Shown: positions 40,712-55,629, numbered from the stretch's first letter. The stretch: DNA of 64,000 bases from Antedon mediterranea (GCF_964355755.1 NC_092672.1:5022001-5086000); one strand, 5' to 3'. Notes: generated by a model from the letters alone, not told the origin. Numbers and translations are program-made.

Positions 40712-43700
40712 GTAAGTAAAGTCGACAATCTGCAAACGTGGAAGCATTCGCAAATGAAGGTCAACCACTGGCCTATATCAAATAATATATACTCTGAAAT
40801 CGGAGATTAGTTAAAGATTACAGTTAATGGCAAGAAAAAAAACACAGCAAATATATAAATTGAAGGTGTGCTCGTTATATAGAATGCTAGTAAAATGGAT
40901 TAGAGGGGTTTGTAACGGGAAACTTAATATTTTATAGTTGGAAATTTGAAAACTGCTGATACTGCGGTTTATTTATGAAGGCATTTTCAAAATTTTGTTT
41001 TTTCCATCAAAATCTCTATTAAATATTTGATTTTTGTTTTAATTAGTCACATTTTTAGGAGTTTTGGTTTGTTTTCATACAAATTCAACACTATAAGTAA
41101 TCTGTCAATCGGTTTCTTCATTCAAAACTACTGGGTTTTTTTGGGGGTGGGGGGAGGTGAGCTAAGGTTGAGGGGGTTTTGTCAGGGTGTCAGGGAAGGT
41201 TTAAACATTATTATAATTTTACCCACTGTAGTACTTGTACCTATAAATTGTACAGATATCAATCCTTAAATTTACCTTTTATGCTAGGCTTTTTATGGGA
41301 TATATTAAATTAGTTTTTTTTATTGAACAAATTTGCTTCCTTCTGGGTTTTTATGTCAAGGAAAGGTTTTTTTTTTTTGGCAATAGAAAGAAATTTAATT
41401 TATCACATTCAATTATTTTTAAATAATCTTATAAATTTATTTTTATTGCACGGTCAAGGGCAATATTTGGATATTTTCCTCACATGGCATGTTTTTTTTA
41501 AAAATAATTTTGAAAGGTTTGATAATATTATAGATATCAATATTCTATAACTAGCTATAGTATAATTAATATTATTAAAATGTAAAAGCTCAATCTGAGA
41601 ATTCTACAGTAATATTAGCTGCAAACCTAACATGAAAGTAATGACATGCTAAATATATATATGACTTTATAAATAAAGGATAATATGTTTTGCTAAATAA
41701 ATATTTATAATAGATTCAATGATAATATTAATGCGTTTAAAATGTAAAGATCCTTATTCTGAGATTAGCTAAATTATAGTTGAATAACTAATGAATGATG
41801 CAATCACCTTAGTACATTTTGGTTATAGTAAAAATTACAAGATATAAATAAATGGTTTAATAACTAATTATAGTACTTTTAAAATATAAACATTATATCT
41901 TATAATTTGAGCTGTGATTAGCTGACCCATATTAAAACAGAAAAATAAAGCTCTGTACAGCTTAAAATGACATAACGATTCTCACATTATAATGATCGAA
42001 ATCATTTTAATAATATATATAAAATGTAAAACCCTTGTACTGTCACCTCGCTGATTGGTTGAATATGTGTATAAACTGACCCATATGTGAAACAAATCAT
42101 GCAAGCAAGTGGGACATACAATTAAAGTATGCTTAAAAAATTACATTCACTACTTGAAATTATAATTAAATTTAATTTAGCAAAGTCATTATGTTTGGTT
42201 ATCATTAAGCTCAATAAAATTGAAAGTTAGAAGTTGATTATGTTACTCATATTCAAAACATATACATCATTTATTAAATTATGTTTTATTCAACATAATT
42301 TATTTACAAATTTTTCTTGAACATTATTTATTTATTTTTTCTACTTCAATTTAGGGGAAAATATTACTAAATATTAAATATTTAGGTTAACAGACAGAGC
42401 ATGTTGAGTTGTTTATGTTTTAATATTTAAATTTCATTGATTTTGCAGTCTTATTTATCATTAAATTCTAAATGTCAGAAGTAATCATATGCAATGACAA
42501 TATAATAAATGGTATTATTTCTATAGTACAGTGGGATATTAAACTGGAATATTATACTATGAAAATAAAATGTTTTGCCTATTTAAATATAGAATAAACA
42601 GGTCAAATATTGGGACTTAATGACTTTTGACCTATGAGCATGTCAATATTATTTGCGGAATTTGCATCCCAAAATTTGTAAAGCACACAGAAATCCAGGG
42701 GATTTCTGTCATTCGTAGGTATTAGCTCAGAGGAATTTGCGGCTTAAGAGAAACTCTACACATAAATCCGCCATTTAATGGAAAAATTTCTGGAGGAATT
42801 AACTGGAGATCATGGTTGTAATGAAAAGTCGTCCCGCGGGACTAGTCGAAGGCTGAGTGTAATCCAGACTATAAGCACATGGTGAATAACACCTTTACTA
42901 GGCTTACAATGCCAGACCGCTATAAACCAACAGCTACAGATTGGTGTTGTTATAGCTCGTCATTCGACTATTAGTCTGTGTGTTCTCCTTTAGTTTCTCC
43001 ACCGGATGGTATTAATGTTGGATGACCGTTTTATTACTCATGTTGGATACGAAGCAAGCTGTTGTTTTTCTTTCTCACAGCTAGGAATAGCTTTATAATG
43101 CTCGTTGTGTTATCATTTTAGCGTGGATGTTTGTTTTTTCTTTTTTCCTGTTGTCTCTTTGGAAATGTTTTTACTGATCATTTGTAAATGCTGTAATTGC
43201 TTTAAGGAATACATTTACGGAATGAACCGATAACCGATTAATGTTTTGCTCGTATTGCCAATACTACTAATGCCTTGACATATATTGTGGAATAAATTAC
43301 TATAATTGCAGTGTTTTTAAAATATGTTCATCCACACATTTATGTGTAAGTACACAATACTATTTTCTTCTTACTCTCATTGTGAATTTTGTCGATTATT
43401 TGAATAGTTCTCTAAAAAATGTATAAATAATGCTTATTAAAATTTAAATACACCTAAACAACCATACCAGCTTCCCAGCCTAACCTAATACAGTAGTTAT
43501 AATGAAAACATAATTAAAATATTAGTATTATTACATGTTGTTGTTTAGTTTAATTTCATCTAAACAATTGTTAATATACTCTAGTCTCAAGTGCTTTTTG
43601 TAATACTGTATGCTGTCTAATATTAATTACTGTTTTATAGGCTACAATGGCTTAGTATATTACATTGTGTAGGCTTCATCTATTTATAATAGTTATTCAT

Positions 43701-45712
43701 AATTCAAGTAGAATTTTGTAATATTAATTTACAGTTTGTTTGCATGTCCTGAGATCACATTTTACATGTCATTAATTAAGATTTATTAGTGAATGTCCTG
43801 TGTGATTACTTGATTCATTAGTAATTGATTAACCATCAAATTTCATCAGTTTTTCGTTTGTTAACATCGGATGTTTGTGAATATTGAATATTTTCATATC
43901 CTTGCAATTCTGTGTTATTTCTTTTTCTATTTATCTTCAGTAATACAATTTTTATTTTAGTAGTATAGGTTAATCATCTATGACATATGGCTTAATAAAA
44001 CTTGTATATATTTTTGGTTTTTATTTATTTTTAATTGCTTTTATTATTCCATTTTGAACCTGTTATTAAGATATATATATTTTTTTATTGATTTAAATTA
44101 TTAACAATTTTCAAAAGTGTTTTTTTTTTCTTCATATCAAACTCATCTGAAATATGTAATATCCTTGCCAAACTATTTATGAATAAATCTATATTAAATT
44201 AAATTTATTTATTTTTATATCATAAATCATGACACTTTAAGGTAAAAACAATTATGATGTGTCAAAAGATGATCTCTTATAATTTAATTTTTAGTCAACA
44301 TGGAACAATATATATCTATTTATAACTCTAAGAATTAAATAATATTAAATCTAGGCCTACTCTGATAATAGCTTGAGTTCTTAGTGTGTTTGTGTGAGAG
44401 CGAAAGGAAACATATATAAAGTTGTTAGCATTGAAACGTCTGCTTACTAATACCAACCACTTGGCTCGGATTGAAAACTTGTCACCGACTCTCTCGACAG
44501 CATCTTAAGACGTTTTAACGCGGACGAATGAGCTTAAGTTCGGCTTAGTTAGCATTATCTATCTAGGGCTCTTGAAAAATCTTAAACTTTCACGCTTATT
44601 ATATTAGGAAGTGGTAAACAGTTTGAACATACTCGTCACTGAACTTAACTCGGCGATGTTCTCTCTGTACTCATTTGAAACCCTAATCCGGGATTTACGA
44701 CGGAGGATTAACGACGCCATATGATAGAGAGACCTCAATCTTATCCAGATTGACGTAGTCATCTTTTAAGGGCTGTTACGCCTCCCTCTTCCACTTTGAA
44801 TTGAATATATTTCACTGCTACTGAGTAGGTGTTAGTATGAAGCCAATTCTAAGTATTTATTGTGAAATTGTTTACGAGTATTGCTATAATCTCTTTGACT
44901 AATTTTTTCATTTTTCTCTCACATATAAAATCATAATTATATACATTTTATGTGATTAGGCAAATGCATTACAACATTAAAGAAGTAATTATAATATTTA
45001 ATGTGATTTATTATTAATGAACTCAATAATTTATTAATGTTTAAATATGATATAATTTCTAGATTTGTTGACAATTTTTATTTGATTTTTTTAACGTAAT
45101 GCATATTATTTATTAAATCATATACATTTATTTAATAATTACAATTTAAATAAAATATGTAGGCCTACAAAAAGTGTTAATTCTTTTTAAGTGCAGGCCT
45201 ACTTACGTTTATGATTTTAAAATAATTAACAATTTAATCTTGTTTCTTTCTGACCTAAATTCAAGTTCATGTCAATTACTGAACTACTTTGCTTTACTCT
45301 GACCCTGTTTATGCCTGCAGACATTCAAGTCCCAATTCTAAGATTGAAATTAATGACAACTATGCAATGTATGTATAAAACATATCCTTTGGAATTATAG
45401 AAATATCAATTTCTGGTTTTAACATCCACAGATTATATTAAAAAGAAAAAGTTATATCCATTTAAAACTTCAATAAAACTTGTTCTTTTTATGAATGCTT
45501 TTAATTTTTATAGATTTCTTTCTTACATTGCCATCGTATTTAATAATATTATAATAACTTCTGTTTTAATGTTTTAAATCCTGAAATGTAACCTCTTAGT
45601 TTGAATAATTTTTAACATTTATAAAGGTCATTATAAGGATGCACATTTAGCAGAGGATTCAATGTGTGCGTACATACATAGTCATCATAGTATTGTTAAA
45701 TTATATATTATA

Positions 45713-46220
45713 CTGTAGTAGAATCCCTTTTTAGGACACTTTATTCAGTGGTAATCCCTATTAAAGGGACACTTTATTAAGGGGAACCCCTATTAAAGGG
45801 ACACTTTATTAAGGGGAACCTCTATTAAAGGGACACTTTATTTAGAGGAAACCCCTATAGTATTAAAGGGACACTTTATTCAGAGGAAAACCCTATTAAA
45901 AGGACACTTTATTCAGTGGTAAACCCTATTAAAGGGACACTTTATTAAGGGGAACCTCTATTAAAGGGACACTTTATTAAGGGGAACCTCTATTAAAGGG
46001 ACACTTTATTTAGAGGAAACCCCTATAGTATTAAAGGGACACTTTATTCAGAGGAAAACCCTATTAAAAGGACACTTTATTCAGGAAAAACCCCTATTAA
46101 AGGGACACTTTTCCTATGTAATGCAGTGTTTTACACTACACTCGATATCTGTTCACCTCTATAAAAGGGTCACTTGTTTGCTCAGTCTTGTAGATATTGC
46201 CTTAATGTGGTTCTGCTACA
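45713..46220 (+). mobile_element. Family D MITE-like element with an internal ~33-bp tandem array (~45730-46110)
   Basis: About 11 units of ccctattaaagggacactttattca/aaggggaa. The ends gtagtagaatc and ggttctgctac are inverted. Confidence 0.75.
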
Positions 46221-47666
46221 TTGTTAATAAACCAAGATAACAAATTATTTTCTAGATAAATCAATTACATGGCAATGAATATGGTCATTTGTACTTATGG
46301 GTAAAGATGGCCATTTATTCTCCTGGGTATAAAGATGGCCTTTTATGCTTCTGGGTAAAAATATCAATGTTATGCTCCTGGGTTTAAAAAAAATGATTAT
46401 TTAAATATTTGCAATTTATCATGATTAATCGGAAATTGGATTATGAAATATCTATAGGTGTAATTTATGCTCTATAGGAGGTGTAATTTATGCTCTATAG
46501 GAGGTGTAATTTGAATAAATTTCATTTTCCCAAAGAAATTTATCTTGTGAAATTTAAACTTATGACCCTGACAAAAAAATATCAGAAATTTTATTATAAA
46601 TTTCTATAAAAGTGATTGACAGGGAATAGTGAATATAAATAATTTGCATACATATTGAACTAGAAGGATTCATTTTAATTATGAATAAAAAGTGGTTTTT
46701 TTTTATTAAATTTTAAATATATATAATATAAAATATAATATAAGATTTTATAGTTTTGTTTTAGTAATCATAAAATGAAGAAAAAAAAAACGACCAAATA
46801 TTAAATTGAGGAAAAATTCAAAATTGGTTTCAATATAAAATTACACATATAAAATTCTATATTTGCTGAACATTCCATTTCGAGAAACGTGGAGAAATTA
46901 AATTTTATTTGCTTTACAATAAAAATCGTTAAGTTTTTGCATTTCCAGATTACAAATTATAAGGCTGGATCATCAATGCTTTTTTTTCTTTAGATTATAA
47001 TTTTTGTAAAAATCTATGACATCCATGTTAGATGGTCATAGCATATTATTCGGTGGCAGATTTATTCACCGTAAATTGCCTTATGATGACTGACGTGACC
47101 TATGACCTTGTAAAGCGACTGTAATGTAGCGATAATAATGTTAATGTTTGTCAGTATGTTCCCAAAGGGGTTCCAATTGAATTCAATACTTCTCTGTATA
47201 ATACATTACATTCTCATATGTCAGCTTTATGCTGCGTAGTTATGTGTTTGTTTATAGATTTATTTTCTGTCAGTCTGTTTGTCAGTCCCAAAATCTGAAT
47301 TTTTATTTTCATACAAACAAGCATTTTCTTTTATTTATTTATTTTTTATTATTATTATCGATTTCTACGTTCTTTTGATTGTTGAAAACCAGTACAGTAG
47401 ACCTAATTGTACTTTTTTTCTCGTGCACGTTCCCATGCTATGTAGGGCGTAGTAAATGGTATTACAGTTATATCAGAACAATACGCATTTCCTGTTAAAC
47501 CTTGAAGGATCTGTTTGGTTTTTGTAGAATTAACTGCTAGTTAGCACGATCACTTATCAATTGTCCTTCTAGTATCACCAGATTATCGTCAAGTGGGTTG
47601 TACTGAAAGGGTCTTAACGGCGGTGTAAATATGCCATGGTTTATATAATAGCTTTTTATACCTTCC

Positions 47667-47692
47667 TAATCCATGTTAATCCCACTTAATCC
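47667..47692 (+). promoter_or_regulatory. Putative K50-homeodomain triple site
   Basis: TAATCC at 47667, 47677 and 47687 with dissimilar spacers. Confidence 0.5.
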
Positions 47693-48905
47693 GTTTCTAT
47701 TGATATAGAGGCCATGGGTAATTTTGAGAGACTTATGCTGGCGTTGAATAACAAAATGGTGTTTTCGTCTCCTTTTTGTTGTTTACTGATGACTGGATAA
47801 AAAACATGTGATGTTTGAACAAATATGCTCTTGGTATACACTTCAACAATCCTACTGGGAAATCATTTATAAACTTTCCAAATAAATAGGGCGCCATATG
47901 CACCTATTTTTTTTTTTATGTCGAAGTACTAAATTTGTTAATGACAGTGTATAATATTTTTCCCATGATGGGGTATAGAAATAGCTATGCACACAAACGC
48001 ATGGGTAAGTCTAGAATCGCTCAAGCATGGTATGATTGGCACTTTGACTCCCAGTATACTCAAATACCTCCCTGGTTGAATGCATCACTCATGTTTAATA
48101 ACATTCCTTTTAAAAAATTGAAAAATACAAGACAGGGAAAATTATAAGTGAGCCCAAAGGCAACCCAGTTAGGATAACCTTAACCTAGTTAATTTGGTAG
48201 TGTTAACTGTCTTCTTCCACCACCTGTTCCAATGGTTATTTTCAACATTTAGAAAATGTTATATGAAGATACTCAACCTGAAAAATCACTGAAATAAGAA
48301 AAAGGAACTGTGATTTTTGTTTACTGTCATTCAGAACAAAATAAATGCAAATATAGTTATAACTGTGTTCACATGCAATAGACCTTCGTTCTTTAATGGT
48401 GTATTATACCTCTATGGTTCTATGCACAGATTGATTAACAATGGATTTAAGAAAGTTCTATGTCGAATCTAACCTAAATTTTGTAGGGTGGGATTTTAAA
48501 ATAACTCCAAAATGTATTGTAGATGGAGAGACATTCTATATACTTGTTTTAGAGTTTACGATTTTTCTGTTTATAAGTTTATTAATATGGATGATATTGA
48601 ATTGAATTTATTCGAGAATAGGATTAAACTCTGTCGTATATACTGTAGTAATTGTGTTTCAAACTGCAAATAAAGAATACTTTAAGACATTTTGAATTAC
48701 AGAATATTGCAGCTAATTTGTAGGCTCTACAGCTAGAGGGTTTTCTAATTACACAGCATTTGTCATGTGTATGCTTGTTGATGGATACATAATTCACTTA
48801 TTTAAATGACCTGTATTTTTACACATCAATGTTTATGTGTATTTGCACATGTACGTTTATTTTCGCTGGATTAAATTTTTGCGACCTATAATTTTCAAGA
48901 TAGGA

Positions 48906-49043
48906 TACAGTAGAAGCTCTGGGACACCCCTATTCAAGGGACGTTTTATGGAGCATGTGACTACTGGCTCTATTCAAGGGACGTTTTATGGGGCATGTGA
49001 CTACTGGCTCTATTCAAGGGACGTTTTATGGGGCATGTGACTA
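48906..49043 (+). repeat. Family D left end plus a 40-bp tandem repeat (about 3 units)
   Basis: tacagtagaagc...gggacacccc, then tattcaagggacgttttatgg at 48931, 48971 and 49011. Confidence 0.85.
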
Positions 49044-49894
49044 TGGCTAATGACTGGAATAATTTTAGATGCAATGCGTGTAAAATAAACTGTCATCAAA
49101 TTTACTAAACTTTTATTTATGTAGACAAATTGATTTAATGAGATTAAGAAACAAAATGGAAATTAAATCACAAAAAAGATGTCATGAAAAGGATATAGGA
49201 AACGGTTGAGTGTAGTTTTAGTAATTACTTAATTGATTGATTTATTATTTAATTGTCAATTTAATTGGTCCTAATTAATAAGAAGTGAGATATACATGTT
49301 TATAGATAGCTCAATTTACTCTGTTAATCTTCTTTGTTGCTTACTTTGGGTGTGGTGTTTTTCAAGTAATATTTGTAATACATTTCACAATATGGTTTCA
49401 TAACTAACAATATTTATAATAATGCATATTTCGAAGGGAAAATTTTCACAATATAGGCCTATGTACATTCCTTCTCATAAAACACCATGTTTACATAGCC
49501 TCTTTTACTTTAGTTAGATGTTTTGAATGTTTACTAAAAAGGAAAGAAATATAAATATTTGGAAATTATAAACTATAAAATTTTTGATTTTAATTTTTGT
49601 TATGTTTACATAACTGCTAAAATATTATTACGTTAAATGACAATCATACTGATGTTTGTACATTTGCTTTGTATGTAAATTTGTTGATAATATTGACTAA
49701 ATTTTCTACAAATTTTCGGTGACAAACAGATTGAATTATGTGGTAGATGTTTATAATAGGAATCAGATATAATTGCCATAGGCATCTTGAAAACAGCAGT
49801 AGTTGATCTCATACTTTCCATCAATTTCCTATGTCTAAATTTAGCTATTTAGAATTTATTAAAATCTTGGCGATTGTTAAAATATAAATATAAT

Positions 49895-50530
49895 TTGCAT
49901 AATGTTTAATTTCTTTCATTGCATAATGTTCATATACTTTCAGTGTATGTTCATATTCTCTCATTGTATGTTCATATTCTCTCATTGTATGTTCGTATTC
50001 TTTCATTGCATAATGTTCATATTCTTTCATTGTATGTTCAAATTCTCTCATTGTATGTTCATATTCTCTCATTGTATGTTCATATTCTTTCATTGCATAA
50101 TGTTCATATTCTTTCATTGTATGTTCATATTCTCTCATTGTATGTTCATATTCTCTCATTGTATGTTCATATTCTTTCATTGCATATGTTCATATTCTTT
50201 CATTGCATAATGTTCATATTCTTTCATTGTATGTTCATATTCTTTCATTGCATAATGTTCATATTCTTTCATTGTATGTTCATATTCTTTCATTGCATAA
50301 TGTTTATATTCTTTCATTGTATGTTCATATTCTTTCATTGCATATGTTCATATTCTTTCATTGCATATGTTCATATTCTTTCATTGCATAATGTTCATAT
50401 TCTTTCATTGTATGTTCATATTCTTTCATTGCATAATGTTCATATTCTTTCATTGTATGTTCATATTCTTTCATTGCATAATGTTCATATTCTTTCATTG
50501 TATGTTCATATTCTTTCATTGCATGTTCAC
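49895..50530. repeat. Minisatellite of interspersed 21-bp and 24-bp units (ttcatattctttcattgtatg / ttcatattctttcattgcataatg)
   Basis: About 28 units, visible directly. It generates repetitive ORFs in several frames. Confidence 0.95.
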
Positions 50531-51052
50531 ATTCATTTTCAAATATTTTCATGTTCCTTTCTTTCATTTTGTTTGTTATTTGATTGTAGTTTTGAAGAAT
50601 TTTTGTTTTAACCACTTTTTGATTTTTATTATTTGGGAGGTTATGATTCTGTCCCCAACTTTTATAATGGACTTTATGTACGGTAATAAAATCATTACTC
50701 TCTCTCTCTCTCTCTACTGTACGTATAAAACAGAAAATATGGGATAATTTGTTGATTCAGTAAAATTGGTACTGTATGTTGGACGTTCTAGATTGTATGT
50801 TTTAAATTATGAATGTGAACAAAACTGAATGATTGATGTTGTTGTACTTTGAATTAGAATGTTCACTAGGCACCTGTTAAAATAACCTTGTTATTTTATT
50901 GCTAATATTATTAAAAGTTTGTGATGTTTGAGGTTTGCATCAAAGTTGTCTAATGTCACCCCAAATTAGGAACCAATTTTGACTGATTAACCCTATCCTG
51001 TCTATCATGTCAACAAGTTACTGTAGTTGTCTAGTTTTTATGAATTGTTATG

Positions 51053-51135
51053 GATCATGTCAAAATTACTCTACTGCAGTTACTGTAGTAACTACATTTT
51101 TTACTGCAGTAACTACAGTTTTTACTGCAGTAACA
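51053..51135 (+). repeat. Interspersed repeat with a ttactgcagtaa core (family E)
   Basis: gatcatgtcaaaattactctactgcagttactg matches the reverse complement of 60547-60610. Confidence 0.6.
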
Positions 51136-54100
51136 TATGATTTTAGTTGGTTTCAAAGTAGATTCATGAGGTAGTTACTGCAAATTAATAAAAAAAAAGT
51201 AATACCGTACCCAAAAAAGATTGCTAAATAAATATAGCATTTATTTATTGCATACAGTACATGTTAAAGACAAATGCTGTATCGTAATGAAGTATAAATA
51301 TAAATATAAAGGTATATTGATTAATTAAATTTTGATTTAAAAATTTGAAATTAAGCGAAATAAATGTAGAAAATAATCAACGTTAAATTAACAAAAAAAC
51401 GTTTGAATATTGTTTTGAAAGTGGTAAAATTGAAATCCAATGAAATTTTTCTACAAAATAAATGTAGTTTTCGTAGTAAATTTTAAATTATGGTGAAACA
51501 GCGAAAGGTTTTCTAGTATTGGCATAATACTAATAGTTAACCTGGCCTTGATATTTCTCACCTTCTGACCTCATAACAGTTGACCTGTTATCGTACTAAG
51601 GAAATGTGAACGTTTGACAAAGAATTGGACAAAAGATACATAAAAGAATTTGAATTATGTTTGATATTTATTATTAGTCAGATAATAATATAATTTAATT
51701 ATCAGTAAACTTACTGTATAATTTTGAAATGTGTGATAAGAAAATATGCGTGTATTTGTATCTATATTTGCTTCAAAACAGTGTGTAATCCCTGGCCAGG
51801 TTTGAGGGGATCAAATTAATCATATAATCTCCATACATGAGCTTAAATTATCCAGCCCTGCCGTAACCGAGTTTACAATTACAAATTTATCATGAAGAGA
51901 TGTCGTTTGTAATCTCTCTTAATTGATTGCGATATTGTGGAAAGCTAGCTATCCAAGGGCATAACCTGTTATTTGCAGCAGCCGACATTAACATTCGCAA
52001 CGAAGGTAATGTTAGGTAACCTGAATGATCGCGAAAGTAGAGCACCGACGGGTGAAAAAGTGAGGCCTCAACCTTTGCTAAGCTGGCCGCGTCGAAAAAT
52101 TGGCTCGACAATCACGTTGTGGAATTAGGACGAAAGTGGCTACTAATTGTACTAAGCTGATAATCACGACAAGGACAAGCTGGATAAGCCAAACAGGAAG
52201 ATGCGCTGAGATTCACGTGTCTGACGGCCGCTTATAACACAAGTCAATACTACTACTCCACACAAAGAAACACATGCTTCTAACGACTTAAAAATAGGCC
52301 AACAAATTTATAACCATAATAAGCTAGAAATAAAATAGAAATCGACCGGCTACTTAAGTATTAATACCGTAGCTATTGTTATACTACAAACAGATGGTAT
52401 GAATAGGCTATTGTGTTTGGGCTGTAGAGGGCGATGTTTATTATTATCCAAGTTGAATTGTTTGTTGTTGAGAATGTCATTTAGTTGAAGGTGAACGTGT
52501 TCTAAGCAAGCTTGATAAATTACCTCTTTGGATAATACTCTAATAATGGACATATTATTACTTTTGGAATCGCTTTTCCTTTTATAATTGGAATTTAATA
52601 TATAAAATTGATGTAAGTAGTATTTGTATGTTTTTTTTTTATATTGACAAGAAGAAAAAAATTGTCTGTATTTATAGTTTTAATATGTAACATAGAAAAA
52701 TACTACTAACTACTAACTGATATACGAGCGGTATCATGTCTAACGACAATGAACATCCTGCAGTATCTTGTCTTCTTACAGTAATCTTTATCCCATGGGA
52801 TACTGTAGTAGTTTAGTATAGAGATTTAGAGCAAATAAGTTAGGTTCTGTAAATTAATTTTTAGGAGTTAGGTGCTATAATAGGCTATGTTATGGCCTTT
52901 TTGTAGTCAGCAGACATGATACTGCATGATGTTTATTGTCTCTATACATGATACTACAAGTATTAGAATAAGCTGATAAGCTATAAATATGTATATATGG
53001 ATGGAACTCATATTTTCATTTCTGTTGAGTAGTTCTCTGTTCTCATTTTATTTGGATCAATTTGCATTAACTAATACCATACATTAAATCACAAATGTAT
53101 TCAAGTGATTGTCTGGTTTTAATATTATATTCATGTAGTGCATACAATGATAATAACCTATTGTTATTTAATGTTAACAATTATTATGTAAAATTTATAT
53201 ATTTTTAAATTACTGTATTAGGTTTTTTTTGTATCTATTTAAAATGCAAATTTAGAAATATTTTTATAGGTTATTATTAGAACAAACATTTTAAATTTAT
53301 TAATGCTAGCCTAAATTAAAAAATCTTGATATTATATAATTATAATTAATATTTATTAATTTGTAAAATAAAAGGCTGATATGTAACGATTCGGTAATAT
53401 TTAAAACATTTTTTTCGGTATAATTACAATTACACATACGATCAAGTCATATGGAATGTGAGTAGCTATGGTAAACTTCTTACAAAGCATGTCATAAATC
53501 AAATCTCAACATATTATTCTAGGGTCACATGCACTTGTCTAAGTTCACCATTTTGCTAGTAAAATATGAATGCTATATGGTTTATGGAGCTTTTGAAAGC
53601 CTACAGCATTTATGTCTGTTGTCATTCCCCTAGAGATATATCAGCCAATGATGATTAATCGCTCCCCGGACGACGAAAATGATATTTCAAATTGGCCTTT
53701 TATTTGCAGAGCCATTTGCTCGGGGTTTATAATATCAACAGTGGGAATTCAGGTTATGGATCATGGGGCCTGGATCTAATTTCTCCCTGCTGTAACAAGC
53801 CCTGATCACAGTTAATTCCAGCCAATTAGGCCAGATTGTAAAGTGTGAAAGCCTCGGGGCCAGGCCCATTCATCTTTGCTGTTGTTGCTTGATCATTGCC
53901 CATGGTGGTTGAAGGTTGAATGAACAAAAAGCATTGACTAATGTGGTACTAACCCCATGAACGGCTTTTAATAGCATACTCGACTAAACATGTTCATTTT
54001 TGTCATGTTTTTCTACCCATCTGTCAGAAAAAGAACAAGATAAATTACATATAGTATTACATATCATACTTGTCAAGTCTTGCACATTTGGCGTGAGGCT

Positions 54101-55598
54101 CGTTCTTCTTTACGCACAATTCTTTGCATTTGAAGTGAGGCTTGTACTTCTTTACTCACAACTCTTCGCATTTGGTGAATCACAAGTCACCAGCTTTACC
54201 ATGTGTTATTCCTACTATTAATGCAGTACAACATACCCCAATAAAAACAATAAGAAGATAACAATTTTCATATATACTCATGAATTTTTACAGTTGGAAT
54301 ATATACCCAATTCTCAGAACAATAAGTTAGCATTAACCTTTTTATGTAATAATCATATTTATGATCTATTCTTACTATAATACAGTACAACAGACCCCAA
54401 TAAAATGAGGATTCATAAATGTTTACAGTTTGACATAATGACAATATACCCAAACTAATTAACATTAACCTTTTTTATTTTAATAATAAAATTTATATAA
54501 GTAATGATCATATTTATAATCTATTGTGCTATTCATTTTATATTTATATCTACAGTACTACGTTCATTTATACTACGTATGATGTTAGATAATAATGCTA
54601 GTAGTAGTACATACTTACATTTTTATAGCAAGCATTAAAAATCCAGCAAGCCACATGCATAAAGTACATTTGACCCCAAAAATGCACTCAGATTAAAAAG
54701 CCAAGTGCAAGGTCATTAAACAAAATCACAAAATACAAACCACAAAAACATGAAATACTACCTTTCTGAGCTTTTCTATTTTTATTTATTCTTGTATTTC
54801 TGAGTACTTTTCAAGGTTCTGCATCAACAAATTCATTGTAAACTAGATTGGGTTGTTTTTATCGTGAATATTTGTCAATTTTTATACAATCATAGTTGTT
54901 TTGATCTAAAATATTTCTGTCCGAGGTTATTTATAATTGTAGTTATTTGTGTTTTTACAAGTGTTTTCCTGTCTGTTGTTATAGCGATAGTTAAACAGAA
55001 ACTGGAAGTTGATTTTGAAAATAACTGTTGATGGTTATAAAATGTAATTAAATTTGAGAGGTTTGTAGATAGAATGTGTATGTTGTATTACTTGTTTTCA
55101 ATGTTGTATCAATTATTAGTAAAAAGAGTGTATAGTGTGACTCACTACATTTTGACCTTGTAGTATTATTACTACAGTAATTCACCCCTTACTGACTCAA
55201 GAAAATTAGGATCAAAATGTACACTTTTCTATGATGTTCACTGGACCTGTCCTTGCTGTCTATGTCTGTGCTATTTGTATTATAGCAAAAAATAAATGGA
55301 GCCATGGTTTAACAATAACATAGTTTAAGATGTGTTTACACACACTAGTTAATCATGTTCATGCATGCTTAAACCAATCTGAATCTTGAGTTGGATCGGA
55401 GTGAGTGCTCAGTGAACTTTCTTTTATACCACAGTATGTGTTGAACTGCGATATAATTTGGATCATACTGTACAGAGAAAAGTTTTTCATGCTCTGATGT
55501 AGGCTTGCCGCTTACCTCTGATATACTTCTCATAGATAACATTTCAAGATTGTTTATTCGTCCATAAACTGGAAATTTGACTTTACTTTGGCATTTGG

Positions 55599-55629
55599 CA
55601 CATAAAGTTTGATAGTGTAGACAGAGCTT
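55599..55629 (-). mobile_element. Solo end of MITE family A
   Basis: cacataaagtttgatagtgtagacagagctt. Confidence 0.8.

Noticed and set aside
49845-50747. Cluster of long ORFs (up to 230 aa)
   Set aside because: They are artefacts of a 21/24-bp minisatellite that is open in several frames on both strands.
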